A DNA stretch of 62,305 bases, the filler included, from Choristocarpus tenellus KU-1152 (lineage: Eukaryota > Protista > Phaeophyceae): NCBI GenBank assembly GCA_964200185.2. It is 10 parts of 10 records of this genome, joined end to end, with 100 filler letters (N's around TTAATTAATTAA, not from the genome) between each part and the next. Parts side by side here need not be neighbours in the genome. Positions count along the whole stretch, not along the records: positions 11,566 to 14,523 come from CAXNAD020023362.1; positions 14,624 to 21,124 come from CAXNAD020007993.1; positions 21,225 to 31,828 come from CAXNAD020002839.1; 7 more parts are not named here. One strand, written 5' to 3'. The notes below the pieces were generated by a model. That model ran no database searches and was not told the origin of the DNA. It worked only from the letters and a program-made list of their open reading frames with translations. A program made the position numbers and the translations under genes. Position 1 is the stretch's first letter, and every line of letters starts with the position of its first letter. This document shows positions 12,866 to 25,265 of the stretch, piece after piece.

Positions 12866-13631
12866 AGGTTGGTGGGACAGGACTTCACTCAACGAGAGGA
12901 TATACAAGATATTCAATTATGATAGGCTTCAACCCTGGGGGAGTGAGTGCTACGTCCAACAAGAGAAACAGCAAAAGAGGGCTGGTTCAAATTTTAACCA
13001 TAAACTAAGCGAGGGGTCATCATGGGACACGATTATACATCACTGTGTTGGTGCATCTAAATAAGCAAAAAGTATGAGACTTCGTAGACACTGTGTTGAC
13101 TAAATGAACATATGTTTGAGTTCAAGCAATCAGTGTTCTTTTATTGCGTTGACAAGATAAATGTGATGTGTCTGAGAATGAACCAATCTGACGTCTTTTA
13201 CTTCCATTTTCATGGCAAGGGTGCAGAATCGGGAGTGTACACAATAAGATGTTTTGGGTTTGAGAGTTCCAGCAACTCTTTCATTCCCTGTACTCTCATG
13301 GGTGAGTGTGCAAAGTAGGACAATAGTGAGGTGTACCTTATTTTGTGTATGAGAGATGTAACTAATGAGATAGTACATCCGGATTATGAATGGGAATATG
13401 TATAGGTTTTTTATTCTGCATTCAACTACTTTGACATAACCATGGACATATGTATGAGACACAAATAACAATAAAAAACAAGCAATGAGAAGACACCCTA
13501 CAAAGGTCACTCTTCTAATTTCAACTATGTAATCACGTTCAGCAAAGGGGGTCGTGTGAGGCTTCACACCTTCTTATCTTCACTACTAACAAATAGCATT
13601 ACCTCCCAAGGTAATTTGCACAACGATATCT

Positions 13632-14452
13632 ATGTCGTATTTTCTCCTTCATAATGGCGTGCTGTATCGTTCATATTTACCAGACCATCTTTGTAAGAGG
13701 AACATGATTAGAGTCCAGTTGGTCGTTCCTCGTTCTTTAGTCTCTTATACTTATGGTTGCCATGACCATGTATTGTCTGGAGTTCACTTAGGTTTGAAAC
13801 CCACATTCGATAAAGTTAGGGACTCGTATTGGTGGCCAACTTTGAATATCAACATTCGTACATGGTGTCGTGATTGTCAAGCATGCCAAACGCGTAAGAC
13901 TGCTCAAAACAAACCTACACTTCCCACTGGCCATATGCCTGTTGACAGACCATTTTTACGCGTTGCTATTGATTTGGTAGAGTACAAAACACGTTCCCTA
14001 GCAGCAAATGGTATGAGCTCGTATGTGTTGTCCACCATCAATAACCTCACTCGTTTTGTTGTGCTGATCTCTGTTCCAAATAGACCGCAACAATTGCTCA
14101 TACACTGGTAGAACGTGTATTTTCAATTAATGGCCCACCTAAGTTGTTCTCCGATCAAGGTACCGAATATGAAAACAGTATAATTAGAGAGTTCGAGTCT
14201 GTCTTTGGTTACAAGAAAATCAAAACCACACCATATCATCCCCAATGAAATTCTGTGTTAGAGAGAGTACATGCTATGTTGCATTCTATTGTAGCAATGT
14301 ATATCTCTGTTGCTAAGGATAACTGGGCATCATTACTGTCCTTCATGCAGTTAGCCCTTAACACAGCATTCAGTGCAAAGTTGCATCAAACTCCGTTTTT
14401 CCTTCTGTTTGAAAGACAAGCTCATTTACCTGTCGATAATGTATTTGGTTTG
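13632..14452 (+). mobile_element. Ty3/Gypsy integrase fragment (H2C2 zinc domain + rve core), pseudogenised
   Basis: HDHVLSG.HLG...TFDKVRDSYWWP....WCRDCQACQ..K, then RPF.RVAIDLV, SDQGTEY and TTPYHPQ*NS.LER.H. It has frameshifts and a stop, and is cut by a MITE-B copy at 14453. Confidence 0.92.
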
Positions 14453-14706
14453 GAGCCAAAGTATCTTAGAGGGTAGGGCCGCGTCCATTTGGGGGTCAAA
14501 ATCCAATGTTGCGATTTTGATGTNNNNNNNNNNNNNNNNNNNNNNNNNNNNNNNNNNNNNNNNNNNNTTAATTAATTAANNNNNNNNNNNNNNNNNNNNN
14601 NNNNNNNNNNNNNNNNNNNNNNNCCCCCCCCCCCACAAATATGTTTCTGGACCTTGACTGATTGTATTTATCGCTTTTTGCCCTGTACTACTCTACTTCT
14701 AACCAG

Positions 14707-17698
14707 GACATGGGGATACACACTCAAGACAGATCGCTGGCGCCGATTGGGGACTTTGACAGACTTGGAAGATGCACAGCGCAATGTTCGTGGAGCCCTA
14801 CGGGTGGGGGTGTGGATAAATATCGTGGGCATGCTAGTGGCATTGATTGGGGCGGAGCAGATCGTGGGAACGCTGGTGGCAAAGGTTTTGTACAGCCAAG
14901 GTATTTTCTAATTGATTGTAGTGGGGGAAAGTGGTGTTACCCAACCTTGGTCGTGTTGGAATTGGTATCCTGATAGTTAATATGGAGGGGGATGAGTGGT
15001 GAACACTATGTTTTGATTGCAGTACAGAATAGAGTGTTTGTGTGTGTGTGTGTGTGTGTCCATGAATGGAGTATGGTTAACATTGATTTTTATTTTTTGC
15101 ACAGTCATTTTTTTTATTTATCGAGTCGAAAGAAGATGTACCACTTCTATCCACCTCTTCTATCCACCTCGTCATGCACAGTCTAGAGTCACTTCTCTGT
15201 ATTTTTCAGGTATCATCTTATCATATTTTGTTTCTGTAGACTGACTGCTGTCTTTGCAGTTGCTAATCTCTTCATCATTACAGTGCGTGTGAATTAAGGG
15301 CTGGGGCAGGGTATATACATTCACACAGCAAAATGGGGACTCTAATGTGGGCCTTGAGGTTGTAGTTGGCACTTAATATTGTGTAGTATGGGACATTTTA
15401 GATAGATGACAGCTTTTCTGAGGGTACAAATAGTAGTTGTAGACAAAACAAGCACTGACTGCCTGTCAATGTCCCTGTAGGTCAATCTTCGCCCTTGGTG
15501 TGGAGTGTGTTGCTATTCAAAACCTTATTAAAATCTGAGGCCAAGAGATGATTTCGTGATTCCTTTCTTCTCTGTTTTTTGATATGGTCTAAGGTAGATT
15601 TTTGATTTGGCAACTTTGGTTATCCTCAGAAGTTAATCTCTTCCATATGCTATAATGCCAACAGTCCAACTGACTGTGCAGTATGATTAAGAATCCAAGT
15701 CTCCTACCTGTGGGGCTGATCACACCCGGTGAAGGGATGCTCTTCAAGGCATGAAAATGTGACTGACAGAAGGGACTTTTGATTGGTTGAGTTGAGACCG
15801 TACATAAAGATGAGTTGTTTAATAATGAGTCGACATATGTCCCATGGGTCCAATAGAAATTGAAACAAGCAGTGTGGGGCATGGAGGCATGTAGAGTACG
15901 GGGAATAGTCCAAACTATTTTGTTGTTGTGCAGGAGGAGCAACTTGCCATTATGTTTATATTTATATTTACATTTATATCTATATTTATATCTATATTTA
16001 TATTTATATTTATATTATCACACTCACTTGCACTCTTCGATAGTGAAGAGGTCTTTTTCACTCCTAATTTATCTTTTTTCTTCAAGTTAAAAGGAACAAC
16101 ACGGTCAAGGCCCTAATTTGCCTGGACCTTGTGCTCCAGCACACTGGAACAAGATAGGGATCTATGTTTGCATACTGAGTTGTGTGGTGTGGAATAATAA
16201 ATATATAAATGACATAAATAAATATATAAATGCAGTTGGCGTTGTATCGTGTAGACCAGTGAAGATGACATAAGGAAAATATGGCATTGCTATTTCTTGT
16301 GTGGGTGTAAGGTGGCTTTAAGTGTTTAAGGGGTCAGGAAGAGGATTTTATTGATTTGTGCACTTAAAAAGTAGGATCAATTTTGATTGTACCTTTGTCC
16401 TATACTAGGTATTGATTGTACCTTTGTCCTGTACTAGGTATTGATTGTACCTTTGTCCTGTACTAGGTATTGATTGTACCTTTGTCCTGTACTAGACTCT
16501 TCATGGTATTTGGTATTGATTTCACTCTTTTGTACAGTACCTGTAATCTTGGGGGAAAGTCAACAGGGTGCTTTACAGTAAGGTCTACGATAACATAATT
16601 TTGATGGGAAAGTAATGGTAATTTGGGGTAAAAAATCATTTTTGTGTAATTCAACCATTTCCCTTTGTCTTTTGAAATCAGGATGACACAATATGGATGG
16701 TACTGTACTTTGTACTCTACTTGGCCACAGTTTCCATGGTGGTTCAGATTTCTACCATTTCTACCATTTGGGACTATTGCCCAGTCCCAAAAAAGGACTA
16801 CAAAAGAGGAAATAGGAAGACAACTATCTATATATCTATGTCTGCTATCTATGTAACCATACTGTTGCAGTAGTCATTTTTTGGTGTTACCTACCGCCTA
16901 CGTATTAGATTAAAGATACATAATAATTATGAAAATATTCACATCGTATAGAACAAATTTGAAGAGTATCACATGGTACTACAGAAATTGTTGTACCGGA
17001 AAATGCCATTGACTGTAAAAGTGCTGTGATTCTGAAATTGCCATGGTACAATGCGTTAGTGATTGCTGTAGTGAAAATAGTCTATGGTACAGTGGATTAT
17101 CATCGAAATACTGCAATCATTGTCATGGTAATGACTACCATGACAAGCCTTGGTCTTATCCCTCCCCTGACATATCTGCAAACTGTGAGTGGGCATACTA
17201 TAATATACACTGTGTTGGGATTGATGCAAGAGGGACTTCTAACACGCTACTGGATGTTACTGTTTGGATATTACTGTGGATGCAGCGTTTAATTCTGTAC
17301 TGAGGTTGAGCAGCAAATGTGGAGCAGTATCCTTGCATTGCACAGACGTCAATTGCTGTAAAATACAATTTTGTCAAATGTACTGTACTCATCAGTATAC
17401 CCAGTCAGTATACCCAATACACCCATTACCATTCTCAAAATAGAATATTCTCCCACATACATACATACATACATACACACATACACCCACCTGCTATGTT
17501 TCAGGTTTCCAACCCTCTGTGATGGTTGGGACAGCTGGCGCAGCGGAGGTGGCCCAAAGCCAGTTTCGTGCATTGGACGTCTTTGTTGTCCAGGCCAACA
17601 CCAACACCTTACTCAGTCACTTTTGTTCCCTCGCTGGGTCCCTGTGGCTGACCACTAAGACCCCTAAGCTCACCCGCGATGTGAAGGGTAGCTACTAA
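14707..17698 (+). CDS. DUF3611 family membrane protein (cyanobacterial/plastid-type), last two exons (14707-14900, 17505-17698)
   Basis: Reads ...ALRVGVWINIVGMLVALIGAEQIVGTLVAKVLYSQ|GFQPSVMVGTAGAAEVAQSQFRALDVFVVQANTNTLLSHFCSLAGSLWLTTKTPKLTRDVKGSY*. ALDVFVVQANTNT..H is the DUF3611 signature. The phase-1 GT-AG intron at 14901-17504 keeps the frame. Confidence 0.88.
15953..16015. repeat. (TATATT/TATATC)n hexamer microsatellite
   Basis: Directly visible. Confidence 0.9.
16383..16495. repeat. 29-bp minisatellite, about 3.9 copies (TTGATTGTACCTTTGTCCTGTACTAGGTA)
   Basis: Head-to-tail units start at 16383, 16412, 16441 and 16470, with one substitution. Confidence 0.95.
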
Positions 17699-20600
17699 AA
17701 TGCATTCATGCCAGGAAGATGAGACTGCGATAGATTTGATGTAACGAAGGTGTGGGTGACTACGATTCAACCATGTGTGGGTTGACAGCAAGATTTTGTC
17801 ACACAGAGGACAGGGATACTGAACAAATGTGGTGGTGATAGATATCTGAGGAATGGGCCTTGTGTTTTTATTTTCTAGTATGTGGCCGTGTTTCTTACCA
17901 AGACATCATTCGATTGCCACTGTATGTAGATGTAGGAATGCCACCTGATTGGCCAATACTCAGTGTGGGACTGGCTTTCTAAGGGTTTGCTAATGTGTAC
18001 CTACTATAGGAACCTGAGGAATACTACATCCCTTCCTCTTCTGACTAGGTGTGTTGTTATAGTCTGTCTGTCAGTTGCAGGAAATAATTCAACATAATCA
18101 TGGTAAGTGCCCCACAATCCTACCTACTGATCTGGTCTGCTGTTATACCATGTAGATCTTGCTGGTGACAGCCTTTTTTCTGATATATTTGTGGCATGAG
18201 CATGAGACCACCATGTATGGTCTGATTTGATGCATCTCTGACCCTAGGGTTTTGGTGGTGCAGGGGTGATACAGGTTGCAAGGTTGAGAGACTATTGATA
18301 CTATTATTAGTATAGTTGATTATTGCTCTTTTTGACTACTTTTCTGCTACAGTCAACATATTACTCCCGTGATACATGGAGAGTGGATACAGCCTGTCGC
18401 ACATGTGCTATTAATACTATAGTCTGAGGGATGACCCCTACATTGTGGGCCTTTCCCCTCCTTGCAGTACAATCAATTGCAGGTTTACACTCTGAAGCTT
18501 TGAGAACAGTCATAAAAAATTGACTTGGTACATGCATGTACAATACATGTGTGTGTCGTTCCTCATGCCTGTGAAGAGCATGGTGAGAAGGCCATCTAAG
18601 TGACAACAACAAAAAATATGGGTGGTGATGTGGGCTACTCCAATTCCAAGTAGTAGTACTGTGGGGTTTACTGTACTGTAGAGTGCCTTTCTAAAAAATC
18701 AGGGGGGTGGAACAGACTAATAATCCCATCAAATGTGTGTTTGTGTGTGTGTGGTACTGATATCCGACTGAGGCAAGGGAAATGCAGATATCCTGCATTC
18801 TTCAAGACTTCTCTGTGTTGGCACCAAGATCTTCAAGACTTTTCACCTGTTTTCAGTTGAAGGAAACGAGAGGTATTCAGGGTTGCATTTTGAGGGTGTG
18901 ACAAATATAGACAAAAAATGTATTTTTCTAGTTGTGTGTAAGGGATATTTTATAACTGTGCCAGATATTTTTCAAACAACAGAGGAATAACTACTCTGAA
19001 GTAGAACTTAGAACTTCATCCATAGAATTATTGGTCAAACCCAAAATGTACAAAAGGAGGACCTCTTTTCCCCCAAAGAACAGCCAACCAAGCTTAAACA
19101 ATGAATACACTCCTGCTGTTCCTTGCCCTCTAGAGCTTCTGGAGGAGAGTTGCTTAAGAAGCGAGACGGAGTTATCCCTCCTCCCCCAACAACCCCCAAG
19201 TTATGCACACAATTCTCTGTGCATGATGAGGGGCCTGCAAGTACCCTATCTTGGTCCAGAAAGGCCAGGATTACCAAATGATAGTTGTTTCGAGGAAGGC
19301 AGACAATCATTGAAGAGGACTATGGCTCAACAGTGTTGTTGCAACAGATTCGTCTGAGTGCTTGTAATTATCTGAAGTGGTGGATGTTGTAGACAAGATC
19401 GAAGAAATCATTGGCACATGAGGTGGAGGGGTCAAGCACACACGAGGATGCTATTGCAAAGCACACCCGCGAGAGAAAGGAGAAGCGTCATCGCCATGCA
19501 TTCGTCTGAGGAGCAGATACTAACACAGAAAGACAAATGGAGAGCAGATCACGCTAATATCACGACCCCCTCGATGGTGTTGATTAGATTATAGATCCCC
19601 ACCTCCACTCATTTTCCAGGTGTCGGAAGGTCAGATGAAAGGAAGTCCTTTAACCCCATATCGACCTCTCATGACAACTCCTGCTGTCCATTTTTAGTGG
19701 CAGGAAGTAGTTTGCAAACGTTTTCGTAGGAGGGCGATTGCCTAGGAACCATTTTCATCGCAGTAGAAAGAATGACAGCGCGAACAGAGAGAGCAAGCAG
19801 TGCCAATATCATGACGAACATCGCTTTCTAAGGATGCCAGATGCGAAATTAGCCAAATATCCGCTGGGGATACTCACCTGTCCCATCCATACGTGATTGT
19901 TCAAAGTACTATACTACGCAGTCTCGACGTAGTATCTGTATTTTTGTCTAGATCATAAACAAGGTGATAAGGGAGGAGTGATATTTTGTTTTTGTTTCCG
20001 CGCGCCTCAACAACCCGCCAACCACCTACGCACGCCATGTACTTGAAGTATGTCAGGCTTGTTTTGGCCGTTGGGCATTTTCTCTTATTTCCTCTACAAA
20101 AAGAACGCCTCTTTCATTCATCAATACCCACACTCCCTCCCCCCTGCCCTAAGAAACTTAATCACTACTATCATATCACTCCCACTACAACTCGGCATCA
20201 ATAGTCGAACAGCCAAGACCTATTGTGCGCATCGCTGAACTGTTGCTACTGAGGAGAAGAAACCCGACGACCACACCCTCCATCATCTATCATAATAGTA
20301 AATATGGAATCATCGTCACCGTCAGTCTTGTCTTCGAGCCTGGCCTCCTACAACAACTCCTCTTCTCTGTCCGCTGAAGGCACAACATCTTCCACTTCCG
20401 AAAATTCCGAGTATCAGATGGTGGTATGTATGTCACGAGAGTATCTATTATCTGCTCGATGATACATACACATTCCATGTACTACTACAATGGATACTTG
20501 TTCGTTTGTTTGCGGATTTACAGTCAACTGCATCGTAGATTACCACGACGAGATATCTCCTAGGTACTGCATGGGGCAGACAATCTGCACCATTGGTTGT

Positions 20601-21260
20601 TTGTAAGTAGGGATCCGATTTTCTCGTCCCTCTTCTCATCTAAGCCTTTGGCCACGCGCGTAGAGAAGAGTGTACTGTCAGTAGTAGTACCTGCTGAGCT
20701 GTCATTTGGTTACAAACCTTCCCCAACGCCCCAAGTACCAGGGTGGGTCCATCAGGTCCGTTAGGGTATGTGACATACTCTTATTAGCAGAGACTTCTAA
20801 CTAAATCAGTACTCCTACTATTATATGCCATGGCTCGTTACGTAGATCCCCTCCCTTCCTCCCTTGTTGACTGTTGATGGTTTACGTAGAACAAGGGAAA
20901 TGTGTTGGATACGTGAAAACGCCTCCAACGCAGGTGAAGCTACAGTACTACTACTACTACTGTACGATACGACTCTAGGTTCCATTAGAGAACTTGGTCA
21001 GTAGAGAGTAGTGGTGTGGTATTTCCCTGTAGAGGAGGCGCGTAGCTGAACCTCGATCTCCCATTGCTATGTGAAAATCCTATCGACAGCAGACAGTCGG
21101 TCTCCCCACACTGCTTGCGATGTTNNNNNNNNNNNNNNNNNNNNNNNNNNNNNNNNNNNNNNNNNNNNTTAATTAATTAANNNNNNNNNNNNNNNNNNNN
21201 NNNNNNNNNNNNNNNNNNNNNNNNTTTTGTGGAAACACTCCCCTCCTCCCCCCCGGTGAA

Positions 21261-21446
21261 GGCCCCAACTGGGTGGGGGGGGGGGGGGGGGGGGTCTACA
21301 CCAGGGTGTCTATTTGTGCCAAAATCAGGAAAAGTGCACTTACATTATCCATCCGACGTATGGGACCGAATCACACAAAAATCACAACATGAAGAAATTG
21401 ACCCCGAATGGACAGCCGCCACCCCCCCTCCCAGATACTTTGAGCC
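21261..21446 (+). mobile_element. MITE family A at contig start
   Basis: Same internal sequence as 879-1057, with right TIR CAGATACTTTGAGCC. Confidence 0.85.
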
Positions 21447-23048
21447 TGGATCTCTGTAAGATTGCTGTGCAGTGGTCCACGGGAAGGTGGACGACAAAGC
21501 TGTTGTAGATTAGATCAACGTTTCCTCACCTGTGTTGATTTGGGTGTGAGCATCTCGATCCTCTGTGCCTCCATCCGCTGGAGTTCTTCGAGAGCAGCTT
21601 CTGCCTTCTCAAGCGTTTCCTCCAGTTCATCGACCTTTTTCTGGAGGTGGTAGAAAGGCAGACTCAAGCATTTAATATGCACAGTACCCTAAAGCACCAT
21701 TCTCCGTGGAGCATCTTAACAGGAGCGTATCCAGTCTACGACAATACTTGCCTCCCTTTTTGCCAGGTCACATATTTGTCTTACTGAGACCTTGTGAGCT
21801 AAAACAAGAGACCCTGGTGGATGTGATGACCATCTACGTTTCAGTCCCTACCATGATCCAGTACCCATCGTACAATGCTTCTCTTGGAATTCTCATTGTC
21901 CGTTCTTCAAGAGTTCATCATTCAAATATCTGAATCTTGCCTTCCACTCTTTCTCAGCATTCTGTAGTGACACAACTTTTGCTGTAGTTGTCTCCAGGGT
22001 CTGCTTTAGATGCTGCATAGTTGCTGACTGTTCCCCCAACTCCCATTTTGCCTGAGCAAGTGATAGTGAACCGGACATTATTCAGGCTTCAATCTTCCTA
22101 TAGGTTTGTCCAATTATCCAAGGGTACCCAGGGGTTATGACTTGCAGTGGAGAAGCCCAGGTAATGGCCTGGAGACAGTCTTGTGTTGGGTACAGCTAAG
22201 CACTGATGTGCAGTGCCCTTGGAATAGAGGTGCAAACCAAGGCCCCTGAACACGCAGGCCTGTACCCATTGGAAGAGATTGACTGTGGCTTTATTCTTCT
22301 TGAGAAAGACGATATTCTATTCAGAGCAACTTAAAACTGCCCTTTTTTAAAGGTAGTCTTTCTTCAATGTGGATGTGACCTTTGAATCGTATTCTCACAT
22401 GCTGGTACTGTTTGACCTGCCCCAACACCTTGATACAAATACCTTTCTTTACAAACCTCTTGGCAGCCACGCAACTCAGCAGAGGTTTCACACCAATCAC
22501 ATCATGGTGGTACCATGAGCTTAATTCTGGGGAAACCTCCACAGTATTTCCTTGGAGTTTAAAGTCGATTTTTTTCAATGAGAAGCGAATCCTTGCCTTT
22601 GTGTTGGAGGTTTTGACTTTTTTTCCCTATACCAGCAATATATATATATATATATGTATGTATCACTTAATTCTCGCGAAAAATGTATATTAAGCTAGGC
22701 CTACGAGGGTTAGTCTACACCATTTCCCTCCCCTATCTCAATCCATACCTACTTGAGCACATGCTATGAAGTACAAAACATGAAGTCAAAATATGACTGA
22801 CGGAGTCCAAGCATTTTCCTTCAACTAAATTTCGCGAATTCCTCTTTAGTAACTGAGATCTAAATTGCACCTACATCTATGCATCACCTGCACACAATCA
22901 TCCTTGGCGTTCTTTGTGAAAATCTGGGCAAGGTCAAGCTCCCGCTGCAGCACTGCATTCCTTGAGGAAGGACGGTAGATTGCGAGGGGTTCAGCAGTAG
23001 GAGAGAGATAGGTGTGAGACCCTACTCAACTTTCACCGACGTACGGAC

Positions 23049-23322
23049 GACCCAAAATATTCAAGAGGGTAGGGCCGTGCCTGTTTAGGGTCATAAATCC
23101 AATTTTGCGATTTAGATGAATTTTGGATATTGTGTTTGTTAGATAGTGTCAATATCCTTGCTTCGGACACACCTTGTCATAGTCATGTATATATATATAT
23201 ATATATATATACATTTCAGGCAACTGTGTTCAAACAGAAATTAGAAAAAGGGCATAAACAACTCGTGGGAAGCCAAGCCCTGAACGGACAAACCCAAACT
23301 CCTACTCTATTGCTTTGGGTTC
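23049..23322 (+). mobile_element. MITE family B (B2 variant)
   Basis: GACCCAAAATATTCAAGAGGGTAGGGCC...TGCTTTGGGTTC, flanked by GGAC/GGAT. Confidence 0.8.
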
Positions 23323-25082
23323 GGATCACATACAGTACTGATTTGGAACAGTCTTTTGCAGCATTCAGGAGTGCAATTTGTTTAAGCAAGGATCGGTGAG
23401 AATGTGTTGGCCGCCTCACTGGCAACAGTTCCTAAACACATCGTTTCTAGAGTACTTGAATCACTAATGTCAAGCATTTGCTTACAGGAATATTTTGGGC
23501 AAGTGCAGTGTTGATGAAAAGGTTCGGATAGATAAAAAAGGCCGTCTATATTAATGAAGAGCAAGCTGGAGCATGGAAGCAATAGGAAAGACAACGAACC
23601 CCCTCGGTGGCATTCTTGTCCCATTTCCAATCTCAATCTTTTTACACACTTATTCTTGTAGTACAAATTGTCTTCTGCTTCTTGGATGGCAGCATCAAGC
23701 CTGCTTTGGAGATCGGAGAAACTTTCACGAGAGCTTTGGAGGTCTGATTCCATCTGGCACATATGTGCACTGCAGGGAAGGGGGGAGAGGAAAGAGGGGA
23801 GGGCATTTTGTGAGATCTAGTTGCAGATGTGACATTGAGACACAAGCCATACAAGATGCAATACATTCACGTAACTGTTGGCTTTGAGTGGCGGCGAGAC
23901 CAAACCAAGGTCACAGGCATCTTGGAAAGTGCAACTGACAATCAGAACAATATAGGATGCCCTACATTTCATACTGAGTGAATAGGAGGCCTCCACCCTG
24001 CAACAACCTCATACCTTCTAAAGTCTGATTGTTTGATTAAATATTGGAAACATTGGTTTTGAAATCCTTTGCAATCATTTTTGGAGCGTGTAGCTTTTGC
24101 TGCAAAGGTAATACTTCGGAAATGTCAAAAGATGATGGAGTAATTTGGACAGCCTGTTTCACACATATACTTTCTACCATGTATGACTTGGCACTGCAAC
24201 TTGGTTCCGACTCTACTGAGCCGTTCCTGATTTCATATTCATACATCAAGTGACTTGAAAATATGTTATATTTTCTTTGAGGTATGATCTCCAGAAAATG
24301 CACTCGTTATTCCCCGGTATTTCTTCACAGCAATGTGTTTGACAGTTTTGAAAAGTGCTTGTCCCCTTCAGATTGATTAGTGGTAAAATGCTTGGCACTC
24401 TCCAGAAAAGCATCCATTTTCTAAAACACTTCGGAAGGTGATTTGTTTTGAAAGATTTTTTGGAATTGCACTCACTTCCTACTGTTGAGAAAAAGAAAAA
24501 GGCAACAAATCACAAAAATAATAATAAAAGAAATTGTGAATATATTTTGTACAAATCACTACAAAAAGCAAAATTGCATCCAGGCAGTAGCCAATAGCCT
24601 GTTCAATGCGCACCTCTTAGTGAATTTGGAAAATAAAACATAACATTTGCCGATAAGGTCACCAACACCCTTTTGCAAAGATGGTGAGATCCAAAGCACG
24701 ACCTTACATATAATTAAGTTTTAGTACTACATATTCATAGTAGGCATTATGTACGCCGATAACATGCACTGAGAGATGAGTAAAATTCGTAGTGGCTAGG
24801 TCGCCCTAGGCCAGCAATTGAATGAAGTGAAACGGCGAACAGCTTGCAAGTGTTTCAACTTTGGCTTGTTCACAACGTCTGTTACCAGTACCGCGATATC
24901 CTGTTGCGGTTTTTCACTTCATCATTTACACCAACAAAATGTCGTTTTTCTGTGAAGAGGCCCTTACCAGGACTCCAAACGTCACTTATGCACGTTCCAT
25001 ACAATGCCTATTGATACCTGTGCGTCCACCTGTCTAAGCTTATCCATCTGCCCATCTCTCTGTACACTACAAGCACTACCTT

Positions 25083-25265
25083 GGCTCAAAGTATCTGGGA
25101 GAGGGGGGTGGCGGGTGTCCATTTGGGGCCAATTTTTTCCATGTCGCAATTTTTAGGTGATTTGGTTGCATACGTCAAATAGATAATGTGAGTGCACTTT
25201 TCCTGGTTTTGATCCAAATGAACACCCTGGTGTAGACCCCCACCCCGCCCAAGATACTTTGGATT
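25083..25265 (-). mobile_element. MITE family A, full copy, inverted
   Basis: GGCTCAAAGTATCTG...AGATACTTTGGATT with a 3-bp TSD CTT. Confidence 0.88.

Noticed and set aside
16383-16495. CRISPR-like array
   Set aside because: Units are contiguous with no spacers, there are no cas genes, and the context is a eukaryotic intron. The 42-bp array at 61600-61745 is likewise internal to a TIR element.
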